A stretch of DNA of 64,000 bases from the human T2T-CHM13v2.0 reference genome, Homo sapiens, in assembly GCF_009914755.1 (NCBI RefSeq), contig NC_060938.1. One strand, given 5' to 3'. This document shows positions 34,624 through 52,538 of this stretch, one piece after another. The translations under genes and the position numbers were made by a program. Within the stretch, counting starts at the first letter, position 1; every line of letters starts with the position of its first letter. The notes under the pieces were generated by a model, which was not told the origin of the DNA, searched no databases, and worked only from the letters and a program-made list of their open reading frames with translations.

Positions 34624-34865
34624 TTAGAATATATACTAATAAAGGTGTTCGTATACTCCCAATATAACTTTCAGACATTGTCTGAAAACAACAGCTTTAA
34701 TAGTAGTCTTAAATGAAAAGTTAATTCATGAAATTTACTCCCTCGGAAAGAACAAACAAATTCACATTTTCTACATATCACACTGACAAATAGATACATA
34801 GTGTTCCAGGAAATTTTTATACTTCATAAAAGAATATTGTTAAAGGAATAAATGTGAGTATACTA

Positions 34866-35234
<369 letters not shown>

Positions 35235-35868
35235 TTAAAGAAGATTCATTTTCAAAACAGCACTGAAAAATTAATGATTAAGAGCTATGTCAGTTGACAT
35301 GGAGACAAGCCATAAAACAATCAAATGAAATTACCTATTCAAGTGACACAGATGTCAGTAAACTGTACTACAGATTATCTTCCTCTCCACTCACTGCAAA
35401 CTCAATAGCTCCTTTAAATCCCTTCACTGGCTCCCCAATGACCGCTACATCAAATTTAAATGTCTGTGCAAATATAAGTGAATATAACCTATAATTAACA
35501 TGAAAAATAGCTAAAAATACTATATGCAACAGATGAATTGACATTAGATAATTTTTGTCAATAAAAGCATTTACAAAATCTAGATACCCATCTCTCAGAG
35601 GATATATTAAATGTTTGTTTTGCTATTAATATAACTGTTTCTTCACTCATTATTTGATAGATTAAAACGCAATCAAAATTACTTTGTATTTCACACTCTG
35701 TGACATCTAACTTTAAACATATAGAACTAATATTTTAACTTGAAATTTCTACTAATAACAAACTACACTGTTAACTTATGAGGCCAGATTATACTTTAAT
35801 ATAAAATTGTTATTTGGGGGTTACTGAAGAATTATTTGACAGGGAAACTGTTTAGCTAATGCATACTA

Positions 35869-36060
<192 letters not shown>

Positions 36061-36569
36061 TTAAATTGATAAACAAATGCTAAACAAAATACCATTTCAA
36101 ACAATTTTTATATATGAACCACTGTATCATCCTTCTATCTGAATTATAAACAAATGGGAAAAATGCTGACTCAAAAATTGAACAAATGAATGAATCTGTA
36201 TCAAGGAATGCAAATATCTCCTCTGCTGATTCACAAGGAACCACAAAGGCTGTGAGGCATTATCTTACCACTTTGAGAAAAACCTGGGGATCAACTGTTT
36301 TTATATTAAAACATTTGAATGTTTTGGCCTGAGGCCTTTGGGCTTAAGTGAAATTCAAAGGACTAATCAACTAGACCTTACCCCCATTATTCTCAACCCA
36401 AGCAGCCAGAGGATCCTTTTAAGACTTAAGTCATCAAGAAAATATTAGCAAAATGAATTCAGCAACATATAAAAAGGATTACACAACATAATCAAATGAG
36501 ATTTATGCCAGGAATGCAAGTTTGGTTCGACATTAAAAAGTCAATCAATGTAATGCATCATATTAATCA

Positions 36570-37037
<468 letters not shown>

Positions 37038-38779
37038 TGACAGGAATATATTTTTAGAATATATTCTCTATCTCCTCCTCCTGGTATGTGGCATTATACA
37101 GATATTCTTATTAAAATACACAGGATACAATGATGCTTAGCTTCCTTTTGATATTGTTTTAAACACTTTATATTAAGTTATAGAAGACTTGTATATCAGG
37201 ATGTCAAAGCCCCATCAACGAAATTCTGGAGAAAAACTTTCATCTTAGTCATTAATTTAAGATAACTATCATCATTAATGCATGAGATAGAATCAAAACT
37301 CATCTAAAGTTATAATTTACTGCTGCTTAATAGTAATACTGTTATTTTAGGAATAAATTTTTTATGTAGCTTAATATAAGTCACTAATTTAACTTCGCAT
37401 AGTTCAGCCCAGCAAAGTCCTATGAGGTAAGGGCTCTTATATAGGAATGCATTACTTGCCTGTCAAGAGGGCTTTGGCTACTACTACTACCTTTGATGCA
37501 ACCCTTAAGCACTCTTAGACATCAGAGAGTCTGAAAAGTTAAAGCCAGAAATTCTAACAAATAAAATTCCAAGTTCTAAGATCTACTAATTTGTTATGTT
37601 AGGACAATTAAAGAGTTATCTCAGCATCTGATCTGCCTATACCGAGTGATAGAGAGAGGTACAAATAATCCTGTAAGTCCCTTCCAAACTTTTCTTTGAG
37701 ACTTCTCAAAGACCCTCTTGGATAAACCAAGGCAGCTAAACAAGAAAGTTGTAAAATAAGTCTAAGAGAAACCAGTATTTTTAGTCAATGGGACTGTATT
37801 AATTTTTTAATAACCAGTTTAATTTTTAATAACTTGTTCTGATAAATGGGTATCTTAAAAGTGAACCTAGATATCATATCTTTCATGAAATGACTTTGAC
37901 TCACCAAGACCAAGTTACATGCTTCCAGAATTCTCTGTGATTACCCCTTGTGATTATATTTATATAACACTGAAATGTAATAGTCTATTTACTTGTTAAC
38001 TCCTCCAATAAAACTATAAGCTCTTTAAAGACAGCAGTGGTGTCTTGTTTAATATATATCTCTGGTGCCTGGTATATAGCAAACACTCATTAGATATTTG
38101 AAGAAAGAGAAAAAGAAAGGAAAAGCAAAGATTATATTTCCTTTTGCTCTGCTTGGACTTTTGAGTTGGAATGCTAGACTGTAATGTAGGAAAGAGTAGT
38201 AAAGGAAACTGAGAGGGCATGAACATGATTCCAACCCCTATAATGCACAGAAGAGGGCAAAAGTTTGATGTGCCTTAAAGAATATTAGAATTGAAATCAA
38301 AAGACTAGTGCTTGAGCATCATTTAATAGCACGGAAGTCTGAGCATTCCACCAAACCTCTTTTGGACTCCATTTTCTCAGTTTTAAATGTAAATTGGATT
38401 ATATGCTCACAAGGTACCTTTTGATTATGAAAACTATGATAAAAAATGATTCAGTAATAAGAATAGTTAAGGCCTAAACAGTGTATCATCAATTAGTACA
38501 AATATCTCAGAGAAAAAATTTATCAAGACAAACTATAATGATCATAGAAGCTTCCTAATTTAAAAGAGGATGAAAATTCTTGGTAAGGATAAAGAAATAT
38601 ACTAAAATATTTGTGTTTCAATGATTCCATTTCTTTTATAATGTGTTTTAATGTGTATTTTCACACAAGGGTAATATGATCTAAATATTTTCAATATATG
38701 GTATCAATATGACAAAAGATTTTTTTCCATTTAACTATGTTTTAATGATATTAAACTTCTAGATATGGGAATAATAAAT

Positions 38780-39490
38780 ATATGAAAATATCTTTCTGAC
38801 CCTAGTAAAAGTAAGAATTTCTTAATATACAAAACTACACTACCTATAAGAAAAGAAAGAGAAATAGACTTGACTACACTGAAATTAAGAACTGGCCAAG
38901 AAAACACATCATTAAGAAAATAAAAAGGCAAGCCAAAAACTGGGAAAAGATATTTGCAAACTATAAAAATTACAAAGCATTTGTATTATTAGAGTATATA
39001 AAGTAATTCTTAAAGATCAATAAAAGAAATAACCCAACAGAAAATAGGAAAGAGATATGAACCCATGTTTGACAGAGGAGAAAACACAGAAGACCAAAAC
39101 ATATTTTAAAAGATGGTTAACCTCATTTGTAGTCAGACAAATGGAAATTAAGACCTCAATGTGACATCATTTACACCAACTGGGTTTGCAAAAGTTAGAA
39201 AGTATAGCAATATCAAGTGCTGAATCAATAGGCTTTGTAAAACTGGATAACCACTTTGGAAAATATTTAGGTATTTTCTTATAACGTTCACATTCTCCAT
39301 GACCCAGAAATTTCACTCCTAGTTATTTCACTCCTTTGAGAAACCTGCATTTAATATCAAAAGATGGGAAATGACCCAAATGTCCAATGACAGGAGAATA
39401 AATGCATGAATTGCAGCATATACTTACAACACAATATTTTGCAGCAGTGAAAAAAAGGCATTAAAGCTACACGCAACAATATGGAAAACA
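38780..39490 (+). mobile_element. Ancient L1ME-like ORF2/3' fragment
   Basis: aaaaggcaagccaaaaactgggaaaagatatttgcaa...catgacccagaaatttcactcctag. Confidence 0.65.
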
Positions 39491-40819
39491 GCACTGAATC
39501 AGTCCCCGTTATAAATTTTTCTTTGTTAGATATTTGGTTTTTCCTATGAATTTCCTGGAATCTAAATGATATTTTCTCCAAATATAAATTTTCATTTGTC
39601 AACAAGAAGTACAGAGGGGGTCTTGGCCATTATTAACAGTGATGGAGGTGATGGGCTAACGTAACTCTGCCCTCACCTCTCCATTCTCCCTGACCCTGAC
39701 CTGCTCACTGTCCACCACAGCCCCTATGCTGCTGCCTAGGAAGAGTCCTGGATTCTTTCAGAGAGATTATGGTCAAGAGCAGGTGAAACTAGAGAAAAAG
39801 AGGATGATAATGAAGAAAAAAATATGAAGAGGGGTGGAATGCTTTGGGCTGAAATTAAAGTGCAGTATGTAGGGTATATGTGGTTCATATGATCATTCTC
39901 TCTTTGAGCTAACTTCGTATATTTTTTGTTTCAATTACAATGATTCTATAACATAAACTACTTCTATTATTTAAAGTCCACATTTTGTAAATGCTGCACT
40001 TCTAAGAAGTCACCTAATGAATATTACCTGAGTGGATATCTAAAATATATTAATACACCAGCTACATTTTTCTAAGTTGGACTAGCAATGCAACTTAATA
40101 ATTAATCTAAAAGAAAGAGTATATTTCTAGTAATACTGCCAACTTCAAGGTATGTAATTATGTGAATTCAATTAATACATAATCTTTTTTGGCCTAAGTG
40201 GTCTGCAAAACATAAAATCTTAAAATACTTATATTAATCCATTAAAAATGCAGTAGTCGTATTCTGTCTTTCCCACTTACCTAGCTACAATCTCAAGCTG
40301 ACTCACAAGTGCCTAGAAATAGAAATCATCCTTACTAGAAAATAAATTACTAACAAAAAAGCTAACAAATGGGAAACAAAAAAGAGAAGCAATTTATACT
40401 TATGTCCTTGAAGGAGTGAATAATCTCTTAGACAAGACTAATTTTCTTAGGCTTTGGTAAAATATTCACACAGCAGTTCAAAGAACTACTACACATTTTA
40501 TAAATGAAATAAAATTATTGTGCAATAATATCGACTTCTCTCTTGCAAATGATAAAAATAATCAATAAATCCTATTCACTTGACTAAGAAAACTAAGAAG
40601 ATTAAAGCATTTTTGTTTTTGCATAGAGGTCAGTATGTGAAACAGTAAGTAGGAGCAACGTCTAAGAGGAAGATCATCATGACTACTACTGAATCTCACA
40701 CTTCATAACCAGGCAAGTATCATCTTAAAATTTGTTGTGCATGGTGACTCTCATGTCCTGGCTATGTGGTGGGACTCAGAAATAGGGTACTTTAATTGTT
40801 AGATATTTAGCCAGTCTTT

Positions 40820-41284
40820 TGATATGGTTTGGCTCTGTGTCCCCACCTAAATCTCATCTCGAATTGTAATCCTCATGTGTTGAAGGAGAGACCTGGTGGG
40901 AGGTGATCGAATCATGGGGGCAGTTTCCCCCATGCTGTTTTCGTGACAGTGAGTGAGTTCTCACGAGATCTGATGGTTTAAAAGTGTTCAGCAGTTCAGC
41001 ATGGCTGGGGAGGCCTCAGGAAACTTACAATCATGGCAGAAGGTGAAGGGGAAGCAAGGCACCCTCTTCACAGGGTGGCATGAAGGAGAAGTCCATGAGA
41101 TCACAGGAAAAACTACCATTTATAAAACCATTGGATCTCGTGAGAATTCACTCACTATCACAACAGCAGCATAGAGGAAACTGCCCCCATAATCCAATCA
41201 CTTCTCACCAGGTTCCTCCCTTAACACCTGGAGATTACAATTCAAAATGAGATTTGGCTGGGGACACAAAGCTAAACCATATCA
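40820..41284. mobile_element. Two THE1 LTR fragments fused in opposite orientation (40820-40997 +, 40992-41284 -)
   Basis: Begins tgatatggtttggctctgtgtcccca and ends tggggacacaaagctaaaccatatca; junction microhomology cagttc. Confidence 0.85.
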
Positions 41285-41289
41285 GACCC

Positions 41290-41573
41290 TGCTCATGCCT
41301 GTAATCCTAGTACTCTGGGAGGCTGACGTGGGGAGATCACCTGAGGTGAGGACTTTAAGACACAGCCTGGCCAACATGGTGAAACCCTGTCTCTACTAAA
41401 AATACAAAAATTAGCTGGGAATGGTGGCACATGCCTGTAATCCCAGTTACCTGGGAAGCTGAGGCAGGAGGGTTGATGGAACCCAAGAGGTGGAGGCTGC
41501 AGTGAGCAGAGATCACCACTGCACTCCAGCCTGGGCAACAGAGTGAGACCCTGTCTCAAAAAAAAAAAAAAAA
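41290..41573 (+). mobile_element. Alu, slightly 5'-truncated
   Basis: gctcatgcctgtaatcctag... plus A tail. Confidence 0.85.
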
Positions 41574-41817
41574 TACAACCATCATTGTACAGTCTGACTC
41601 TATGAAAGAATTCACGAAGTGAAAAGAAAAACGTTTCTTTGAAAAGAAAGAGATATAGTGCATTCATAACAACATATGAATTCAAAAAGAATTTTCTAAT
41701 AAAACTTCATGACCAAAATAAATGCAGCATATGACAATAATTTTTGAATTAGAAAAATGAAACCCTTCACCAATCAGTGTAATTTTAAAAAATATGAAAT
41801 CCTTTATCTCAAGACTA

Positions 41818-42117
<300 letters not shown>

Positions 42118-42669
42118 TTAATTTAAAAAGTTATTTCATTTGATTTTCTCAAGCCTAAACTGTACTGAGAACATAGTAAATTCCAAAATTTAATGTATCT
42201 TCCCACCCCACTTAGAGGAAAATACATAAATAGGTAGATAAGTTTGGGTTAAGAGAAAAGAAAACTAAATGCAAGAAATTTATAAAAAGCTACTACAGAA
42301 ATTATACTGATTCAGAGACACACATTGCCTTGAATGATTAGCTTAGCAGGTTCAATTATGTGGAGAATAAAACTGAATCTTATTTAAAAAATGATACAGA
42401 TTAGTCATAACAGGGTAAGTTATAAAAAAGGTAAAAGCTATGAGAAAGTGGCAAATCAGGTATTAAAAAAGAAGCCTAAGATACATAGTTGAGGAAAAAG
42501 AGAGAACTGGAAAAGACCAAGAAGAAAGGATGAGTGTAGGATAATATATTTACATTAGGTAAGAGGACTTTAGGACCCGGTCAGTCTTCATTACATATAG
42601 ACTGTTAATGAAAAACTTTTGGGGAGATGCATTAATTGAATTATGCAGCTAATTTTATATAATAGGTTA

Positions 42670-43020
<351 letters not shown>

Positions 43021-43084
43021 CTAATAGGTAATATTTTGATGATTCTGCTTTTATTCCATCCATTCATGCACTCACTCACTTGTT

Positions 43085-43370
43085 AATTTATTTACTTATT
43101 TGTTTAGTTAGAGCCACGATCTTGCTCTTTCACCCAGGCTGGAGTTCACTGGCACGATCTTGGCTCCCAGCAGCCTTGAACTCCCAGCTCAAATGATCCT
43201 CCCACTGCAGGTGCATGCCACCACAACCTGCTCATTTTTTTTTTTTTTTTTGGTAGACATGTGGTCTCACCATGTTCCCTGGCTGTTCTCAAACTCCTGG
43301 GCTCAAGAGATCCTTCCACTTTGGCCTCCCAAAGTGCTGGGATTACAGGCGTGAGGCACTGCACATAGCC
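43085..43370 (-). mobile_element. Alu (J-type)
   Basis: Diverged Alu with an internal deletion. Confidence 0.8.
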
Positions 43371-43455
43371 TATTCCTCTCTTTTAAAATCTTTGGTTGCA
43401 ATTCTGTTTTTCAAAGTTAGTTAGTTATATTATTAATATTTGCAAAGTTTATTTG

Positions 43456-43764
<309 letters not shown>

Positions 43765-43969
43765 TGAGATAAACACAAAAAAAATGTATTGGTCACACAC
43801 TTCTAGTAATTATATTCACTTAATTAGTTCCACCCATAAAAATGGCATTTTTGACTAAGATACAGTGGTACTTTACCATACACTATACTCATGGTATGGT
43901 ATTCAATAAAAAGAGAATCTGTTTTAGATCCTCCAGCCAAAGCAGTTTTAATTAAGAACCAAAGGATTT

Positions 43970-44325
43970 ATAGTAGTAGTTGCCAGGGACTGGGAGAGGT
44001 AGAGGTTGGTGGGGGCCGGGGTGGATATAAGGAGATATAAGTTTCAGTTATACAGGATGAATAAATTCAGAAGATCTAATATACAGCTTGTTGAGTACAG
44101 TTAATAATGCTGTTACTGTATGATATACCTGAAATTTGCTAAGAGAGTGGAACTTAAATGTTCTCACCACACACACACAAAAATGGTAACTGTGAAGTGG
44201 CAGATACATCATTTAGCTTGATTGTGGAAATGGTTTCACAATGTATCTATCAAAACATTACATTGTAAATTTTCAATATATACAATTTTTAATGTCAATT
44301 ATACCTCAATAGAGTTGAGAAAAAA
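43970..44325 (+). mobile_element. L1MA-type 3' end
   Basis: gaaatttgctaagagagtggaacttaaatgttctcaccacacac...caattatacctcaata. Confidence 0.75.
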
Positions 44326-44541
44326 CCCAAAAGGATTTCAATATAAGGCAGCCTTATTGTATTATATTGTAGAATTATTGTAGAATACAATAATATATTG
44401 TATTATATTGTAGAAAAGTCTACAATGCCTGAAATATTAGCTCAGATCTTCTTTGATTTCCTATGATCAAATGTAACTTACACTCTGCTTCCAGTAAAAC
44501 TCTAAAATATTGTATAGGTACTACAAATCTATAATTTGCTA

Positions 44542-44832
<291 letters not shown>

Positions 44833-45275
44833 CTACATGAACAGAAGTCACAACAGAATTAATGCCGTTTCAAACATGTCTAAAATGACCGTGAAGCTGT
44901 ATCAAGTGTTTATAAACTATAAAGTAAACATAAATAACACAAGTAGTATTAATTCAGCAACAATACGTTGCTGAACAGAAATACATGGAAACAATATATG
45001 CCAGATGTACAGGAAAATGCTGAATTTCAGTTTCTAAATTACTTTAAGTACTTCAGAGATCCATACTAAATTTCTGGAGTTAATAAAGAATAAAGGAAAT
45101 AAAGTAATAGATTTTTATGGTAAAAGAAGTTCTTTGTAAATATGGAGTTTATGAAAAATGTTTAATTTAAACACTATAATTTTCAAACAATTTTTTTTTG
45201 TAAGGAGCTAAATGTGCAAAATTACATTTAGGAAATAATAAAGGATGAATTCATCTATATTACTTCAGTAATACT

Positions 45276-45447
45276 TTTTTTTTTTTTTTGAGACAGAGTC
45301 TCGCTCTGTTGCTTAGGCTGGAGTCCAGTGGCATGATCTCGGCTCACTGCAACCTCCACCTCTGGGGATCAAGCGATTCTCACCTCATACCTCAGCCTCC
45401 CGAGTAGCTGGGATTACAGGTGCACACCACCATACCCGGCTAATCTT
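45276..45447 (-). mobile_element. Alu right-arm fragment
   Basis: Poly-T followed by gagacagagtctcgctctgttg... Confidence 0.85.
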
Positions 45448-46345
45448 TTTGACGTTTTTAAATAGAACACACATTCCTCCCTTAGGGACCATGTTGACCA
45501 GTGAAGTGGAACTTTTTTTCAATGATGACTTCTTATTGAGTATCCAAAATAATACAGATATTAGTAACAACCAAAAGATGGATAAATATGTAGTAAAACA
45601 CCACGGAGTTTCCAAAGTTGTGGAGTTTGTGGGCAGGAGAAGGAGAAACAGAGGGAGGGAGAAAAGGTAGGGGGAAGTAAAAATTCTTATTTTCAATCAG
45701 TGTCAGAGACTTTTCTCCAGAAAAATTTTGCTTTTATTGACTTCTGTTACACATGTGCAAGAATTAATCTTCAGTTGTATTTGAGTCACTATACAGCTGT
45801 GGGCCTGTTAATTACAGTACTTACTGATTATGCTAACCAACATAGTACTAGAAATAGAAATAGAAAAATGAGCCCCAAGATAAATCCAAGATTGTATTAT
45901 TTGAAGCTTCTGTACTTTTTTTTAAAGTTTCCCTGGTCAACATCACTTCTGCCTCTGCAACTTGCAAGGTCCTCTTCCTATGCATAGACTCATACAGCTG
46001 CCTCTGCATTTCCCAGGGACTCCTTCAAGTTAACATTAAATCCATATACCGTATTGCCCTTTGCTCCATATCCATCCATCCATCCATTCCTCCCTCCCTA
46101 TATGGAGTAAGATTTTTAAGAAAAGTCTAAGGCACTATTTGGCAGCTTTTACTTTTTATGCCTCCTTTATTTAAAATTTTATAATTATAATCTTCATGAC
46201 CTGCATTAAAATGCTTCTGGAAAATTCTTCAGAAGTATTTTGGTATTTTTTATAGCATTTTTGTTTAGAGACTTAATTGCTTCCAATTAAGAAGAGAAGA
46301 ACGTCTTATGTCCAAGGTTTTCTGTTAACATGTCCACTGCTCACC

Positions 46346-46346
<1 letters not shown>

Positions 46347-46376
<30 letters not shown>
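46347..46376. repeat. (CA)n microsatellite
   Basis: About 15 AC units. Confidence 0.9.
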
Positions 46377-46378
<2 letters not shown>

Positions 46379-46739
46379 TAGAAGGTAACAGAGAGAGATT
46401 GTGGTTGACTGATTGGTATTTTAGTATAATATCGCTCCGTCAATATTGTGAATTATATGACCACTCTCTCACATGAAGAGTTTCTCTGACAAATTTAAAG
46501 CAAAGACGACAACTATTAGATGAAAATTTGTTAATTTTTTAAAACATTCTGAATTAAGTCTCTGGGAGACTAATATATGATCACTATGGTTTCTTTTAAG
46601 AAGCAGAAGGAGGCAAAAGCCTGGGAATACTCATACATGAACAGTTCATAATACATCACAAAGTAAAGGTACAGAGTTGATCAGAGCATACAACCGAAGA
46701 ATCATTTCTAGCTGAGTGATTCTGGGGAGACATATCAAA

Positions 46740-48450
<1,711 letters not shown>

Positions 48451-48716
48451 GGTGCAACCAACCATTTCATGTGAAAAAATAATGGACGTACACAAAGAGT
48501 TACTTTTTTAAAGCCAGGAGACAACTTTTGGAACTTACTACTCCCAAGACGCAGAGCAGAAAAAATATAAATAATTTGAAGAAAAATTTTAAATGAATGT
48601 GTGATTTCTTCAGCAAAAACTGTCACGATCCCTTTTAAAGTTGATAAAATGTGGTAGTAACACTGTCAGAGAGAGACAAGTGGCTAGCCATTGGTAGAAT
48701 CTAAAATGACAATTTG

Positions 48717-49011
48717 ACTAGGCATGGTGGCTCGTGCCTGTAATCCCAGCACTTTCAGAGGCCAAGGCAGGAGGACTGCTTGATCTCAGGAGTTTGAGAT
48801 CAACTGGGCAAAATGACAAGACCACATCTCTACAAAAAATTAAAACATTAGCTAGGCATGGTGGCTACTTCCAAGTAGTCACAGCTACTTGGAAGACTGA
48901 GATGGGAGGATCGCTTGAGCCCAGGAGTTCGAGGCTGCAGTGAGCTGTGATTGTGCTACTGTACTCCAGCCTGGGCAACAGAGCGAGACCTTGTCTCAAT
49001 CAATAAATAAA
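48717..49011 (+). mobile_element. Alu (J-type)
   Basis: Diverged Alu; TSD taaaatgacaattt. Confidence 0.85.
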
Positions 49012-49413
49012 ATGACAATTTTATGTATTTACAACTATTAATAGTCTATCCCATACCCTGTGGGAAACCTTACTCCATCTTCAGCATAATTCATTAGCCT
49101 TGCTTATCAAGCTCTTCCACTATTATGAAGTCTCTCTCACTATTCATGAGAAGGAATGGGTGCCTCTGAGGAGTTTGCTGTTGATAACACAGTGTAGCTT
49201 ACTGTAAGTCAAAGTTCCATATGTGTATATATAATTTTCTACTTTAAAATATTTGCAAGTTTTCATATGACTCTATGATATGAGCTTTTTTTTTTTTAAA
49301 CAGAAAATGGTGGGAAGTGAGGACAGCAAAATGGTGGAAAAGGACTTTCCAATGCTACTCCCCTTGCAGAAATACCAATTTGAATCATCCATGCATAAAA
49401 ATACCTTCACAAA

Positions 49414-52400
49414 GGAGATAGACACATGAAAATCCCTCCAAAAAATTAATTAATCTAGGATCTGGTTTTTTGAAAAAATTAATAAAATAAATAGACTGCT
49501 AGCTAGACTAATGAAGGAGAAAAGAGGGAAGAATCAAATAGACATAACAACAAATGATAAAGGGGATATCACCATTGACCCCACAGAAATACAAACAACC
49601 ATCAGAGAATACCATAAACACTTCTATGCATATAAACCAGGAAATCTAAAAGAAATGGATAAATTCCTAGACACATACACCCTCCAAAGACTGAACCAGG
49701 AAGAAGCTGAATCCCTAAATAGACCAATAACAAGTTCTAAAATTGAGGCAGTAATAAATAGCCTACCAACCAAAAAAGGCTCATGACCAGATGAATTTAT
49801 AGCTGAATTCTACCAGAAATACAAAGAGGAGCAGATACCCTTTCTTCTGAAATAGCCCAACAATTGATAAGGAGGGACTCCTCCCTAACTCATTTTATGA
49901 GGCCAGCAACATCTTGATACCAAAACCTGGCAGAGAACCAACAAAAAACTTCAGGCCAGTATCCCTGATGAATATCAATGCAAAAATCCTCAGTAAAATA
50001 CTGGCAAACTGAATCCAGCAGCCCATCAAAAAGCTTATCCACCACAATCAAGGAGGCTTCATCCCCGAGATGCAAGGCTGGTTCAACCAATGCAAATCAA
50101 TAAACGTAATTCATCACATAAGATCTAAAAACAAAGACCATATGATTATCTTAATAGGTGCAGAAAACGCCTTTGATAAAATTCAGCATCCTTTCATGTT
50201 GAAACCTCTCAATAAACTAGATATTGAAGGAACATCCCCCAAAATAATAAGCTGTTTATGACAAACCCACAGCCAATATCATACTGAATGTGCAAAAGCT
50301 GGAAACATTGCCCTTGAAAACTGGCACAAGACAAGGATGTCCTCTCTTCACCACTCCTATTTAACACAGTATTGAAGTTCTGGCCAGGGAAATGAGACAA
50401 GAAAAAGAAATAAAGCATATTCAAATAGGAAGAGAGGAATTCAGATTGTCTTTATTTGCAGATGACATGATCCTATATCTAGAAAACTCCATCGTCTCAG
50501 CCCAAAAGCTTCTTAAGCTGATAAGCAACTCCAGCAAAGTCTCGGGATATAAAATCAATGTGTAAAAGTCACAAGAATTCCTATACACCAACAACAGGCA
50601 AGCAGAGAGCTAAATTATGAATGAACTCCCATTCACAATTGCTACAAATAAAATACCTAGGAATACAGCTAATAAGAGAAGTGAAAGACCTCTTTAAGGA
50701 GAACTACAAACCACTGCACAAGGAAATAAAAGAGAACACAAATGAAAATATTCCATGCTCCTGGATAGGAAGAATGAGTATCATGAAAATTGCCATCCTG
50801 CCCAAAGTAATTTATAGATTCAATGCTATTCCCATTAAACTACCACTGATATTCTTCAAAGAATTAGAAAAAAACTACTTAAGACATCATATGGAACCAA
50901 AATAGAGCCCGTACAGCCAAGTCAATCCTAAGCAAAAAGAACAAGGCAGGAAGCATCACGCTACTGAACCTCAAACTATATTACAAGGCTACAGTAACCA
51001 AAACAGCATGATGCTGGTATAAAAACAGATGGGTAGACCAATGGAACAGAATAGAGAATTCAGAAATAAGACCACACATCTACAACCATCTGATCTTCAA
51101 CAAACCTGACAAAAACAAGCAAGGGGGAAAGGATCTCCTATTCAATAAATGGTGCTGGGAAAACTGGCCAGCTATATGCGGAAAACTGAAACTGGACCCC
51201 TTCCTTACACCTTATACAAAAATTAACTCAAGAGGGATTAAAGACTTAAATGTAAAACACAAAGTTACAAAAAACCCTAGAAGAAAATCTAGGCAATGCC
51301 ATTCAGGTCATGGGCATGCGCAAAGATTTCATGAAGAAATCGCTAAAAGCAGCTGCAACAAAACAAAAATTGACAAATGTGATCTAATTAAACTAAAGAG
51401 CTTCGGCACAATAAAAGAAACTATCATCAGGGCAAAGAGGCAACCTACAGAGTGGGAAAAAATATTTGCAATCTATCCATCTGACAAAGGTCTGATATCC
51501 AGAGTCAACAAGGAACTTAAACAAATTTACAAGAAAAAAACAACCCCATTAAAAAGTGGGCAAAGGACATGAGCGGACACTTTTTGAAAGACAACATTTA
51601 TGTGGCCAACAAACATATGAAAAAAAGCTCAACATCACTGATTATTAGAAAAATGCAAATCAAAACCACATTGAGGTACCATCTCACGTCAGTCAGAATG
51701 ACAATTATTAAAAAGTCAATAAACAACAGATGCTGGTGAGGTTGAAGAGAAATAGGAATGCTTTTACACTGTTGGTGGGAATGTGAATTAGTTCAACCAT
51801 TGTGGAAGATGGTGTGGCGATTCCTCAAAGATCTAGAACCAGAAATACCATTTGTCCCAGCAATCCCATTACTGGGTATATACACAAAGAAATATAAATC
51901 ATTCTATTACAAAGATGCATGCATGTGTATGTTCACTGCAGCACTATTCACAATAACAAAGACATGGAATCCACCCAAATGCCCATCAATGATAGACTGG
52001 ATAAAGAAAATGTGGTACATGTATACCTTGGAATACTATGCAGCCATAAAAAGGAAGGAGATCATGTCCTTTGCAGGGACATGGATGGAGCAAGAAGCCA
52101 TTATCCTCAGCAAACTAATGCAGGAACAGAAAAGCAAACACCACATATTCTCGTTTATAAGTGGGAGCTGAACAATGAGAACTATGGACACAGGGAGAGG
52201 AAAAACACACACTGAGGCCTTTGGGGGTGGGGTGAGGGGAGGGGGAGCATTAGGAAAAATAGCTAATGCATACTGAGCTCAAACCATTTATGCCTAGTGC
52301 TCCATTACTGGAACGCTAAGCTTGTGGGAATTATTTATATCTTACTGCTCAAGGTCATTGCCAAGGTCTGATTTTTCATAAAAAAAAATTTGCAACCCCT

Positions 52401-52538
52401 GGCATAAATGGGTTAATACCTAGGTGATGGGTTGATAGGTGCAGCAAACCACCGTGGCACATGTTTACCTACATAACAAACCTGCACATTCTGCACATGT
52501 ACTTTGTAACTTAAAATAAAAATTAAAATAAAAAAAAT
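49414..52538 (+). mobile_element. 5'-truncated old primate L1 (L1PA/PB type), decayed ORF2 and 3' UTR
   Basis: ORF2 peptides ([48 protein letters not shown]); L1 3' terminus at ~52510. Confidence 0.9.
52283..52412. mobile_element. MER85 piggyBac MITE nested in the L1 3' UTR
   Basis: TIRs (a)ccatttatgcc ... ggcataaatggg; body gctcaaggtcattgccaaggtctgatt; flanks tcaa / ttaa at the L1 'gcttaatacctagg' site. Confidence 0.9.
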
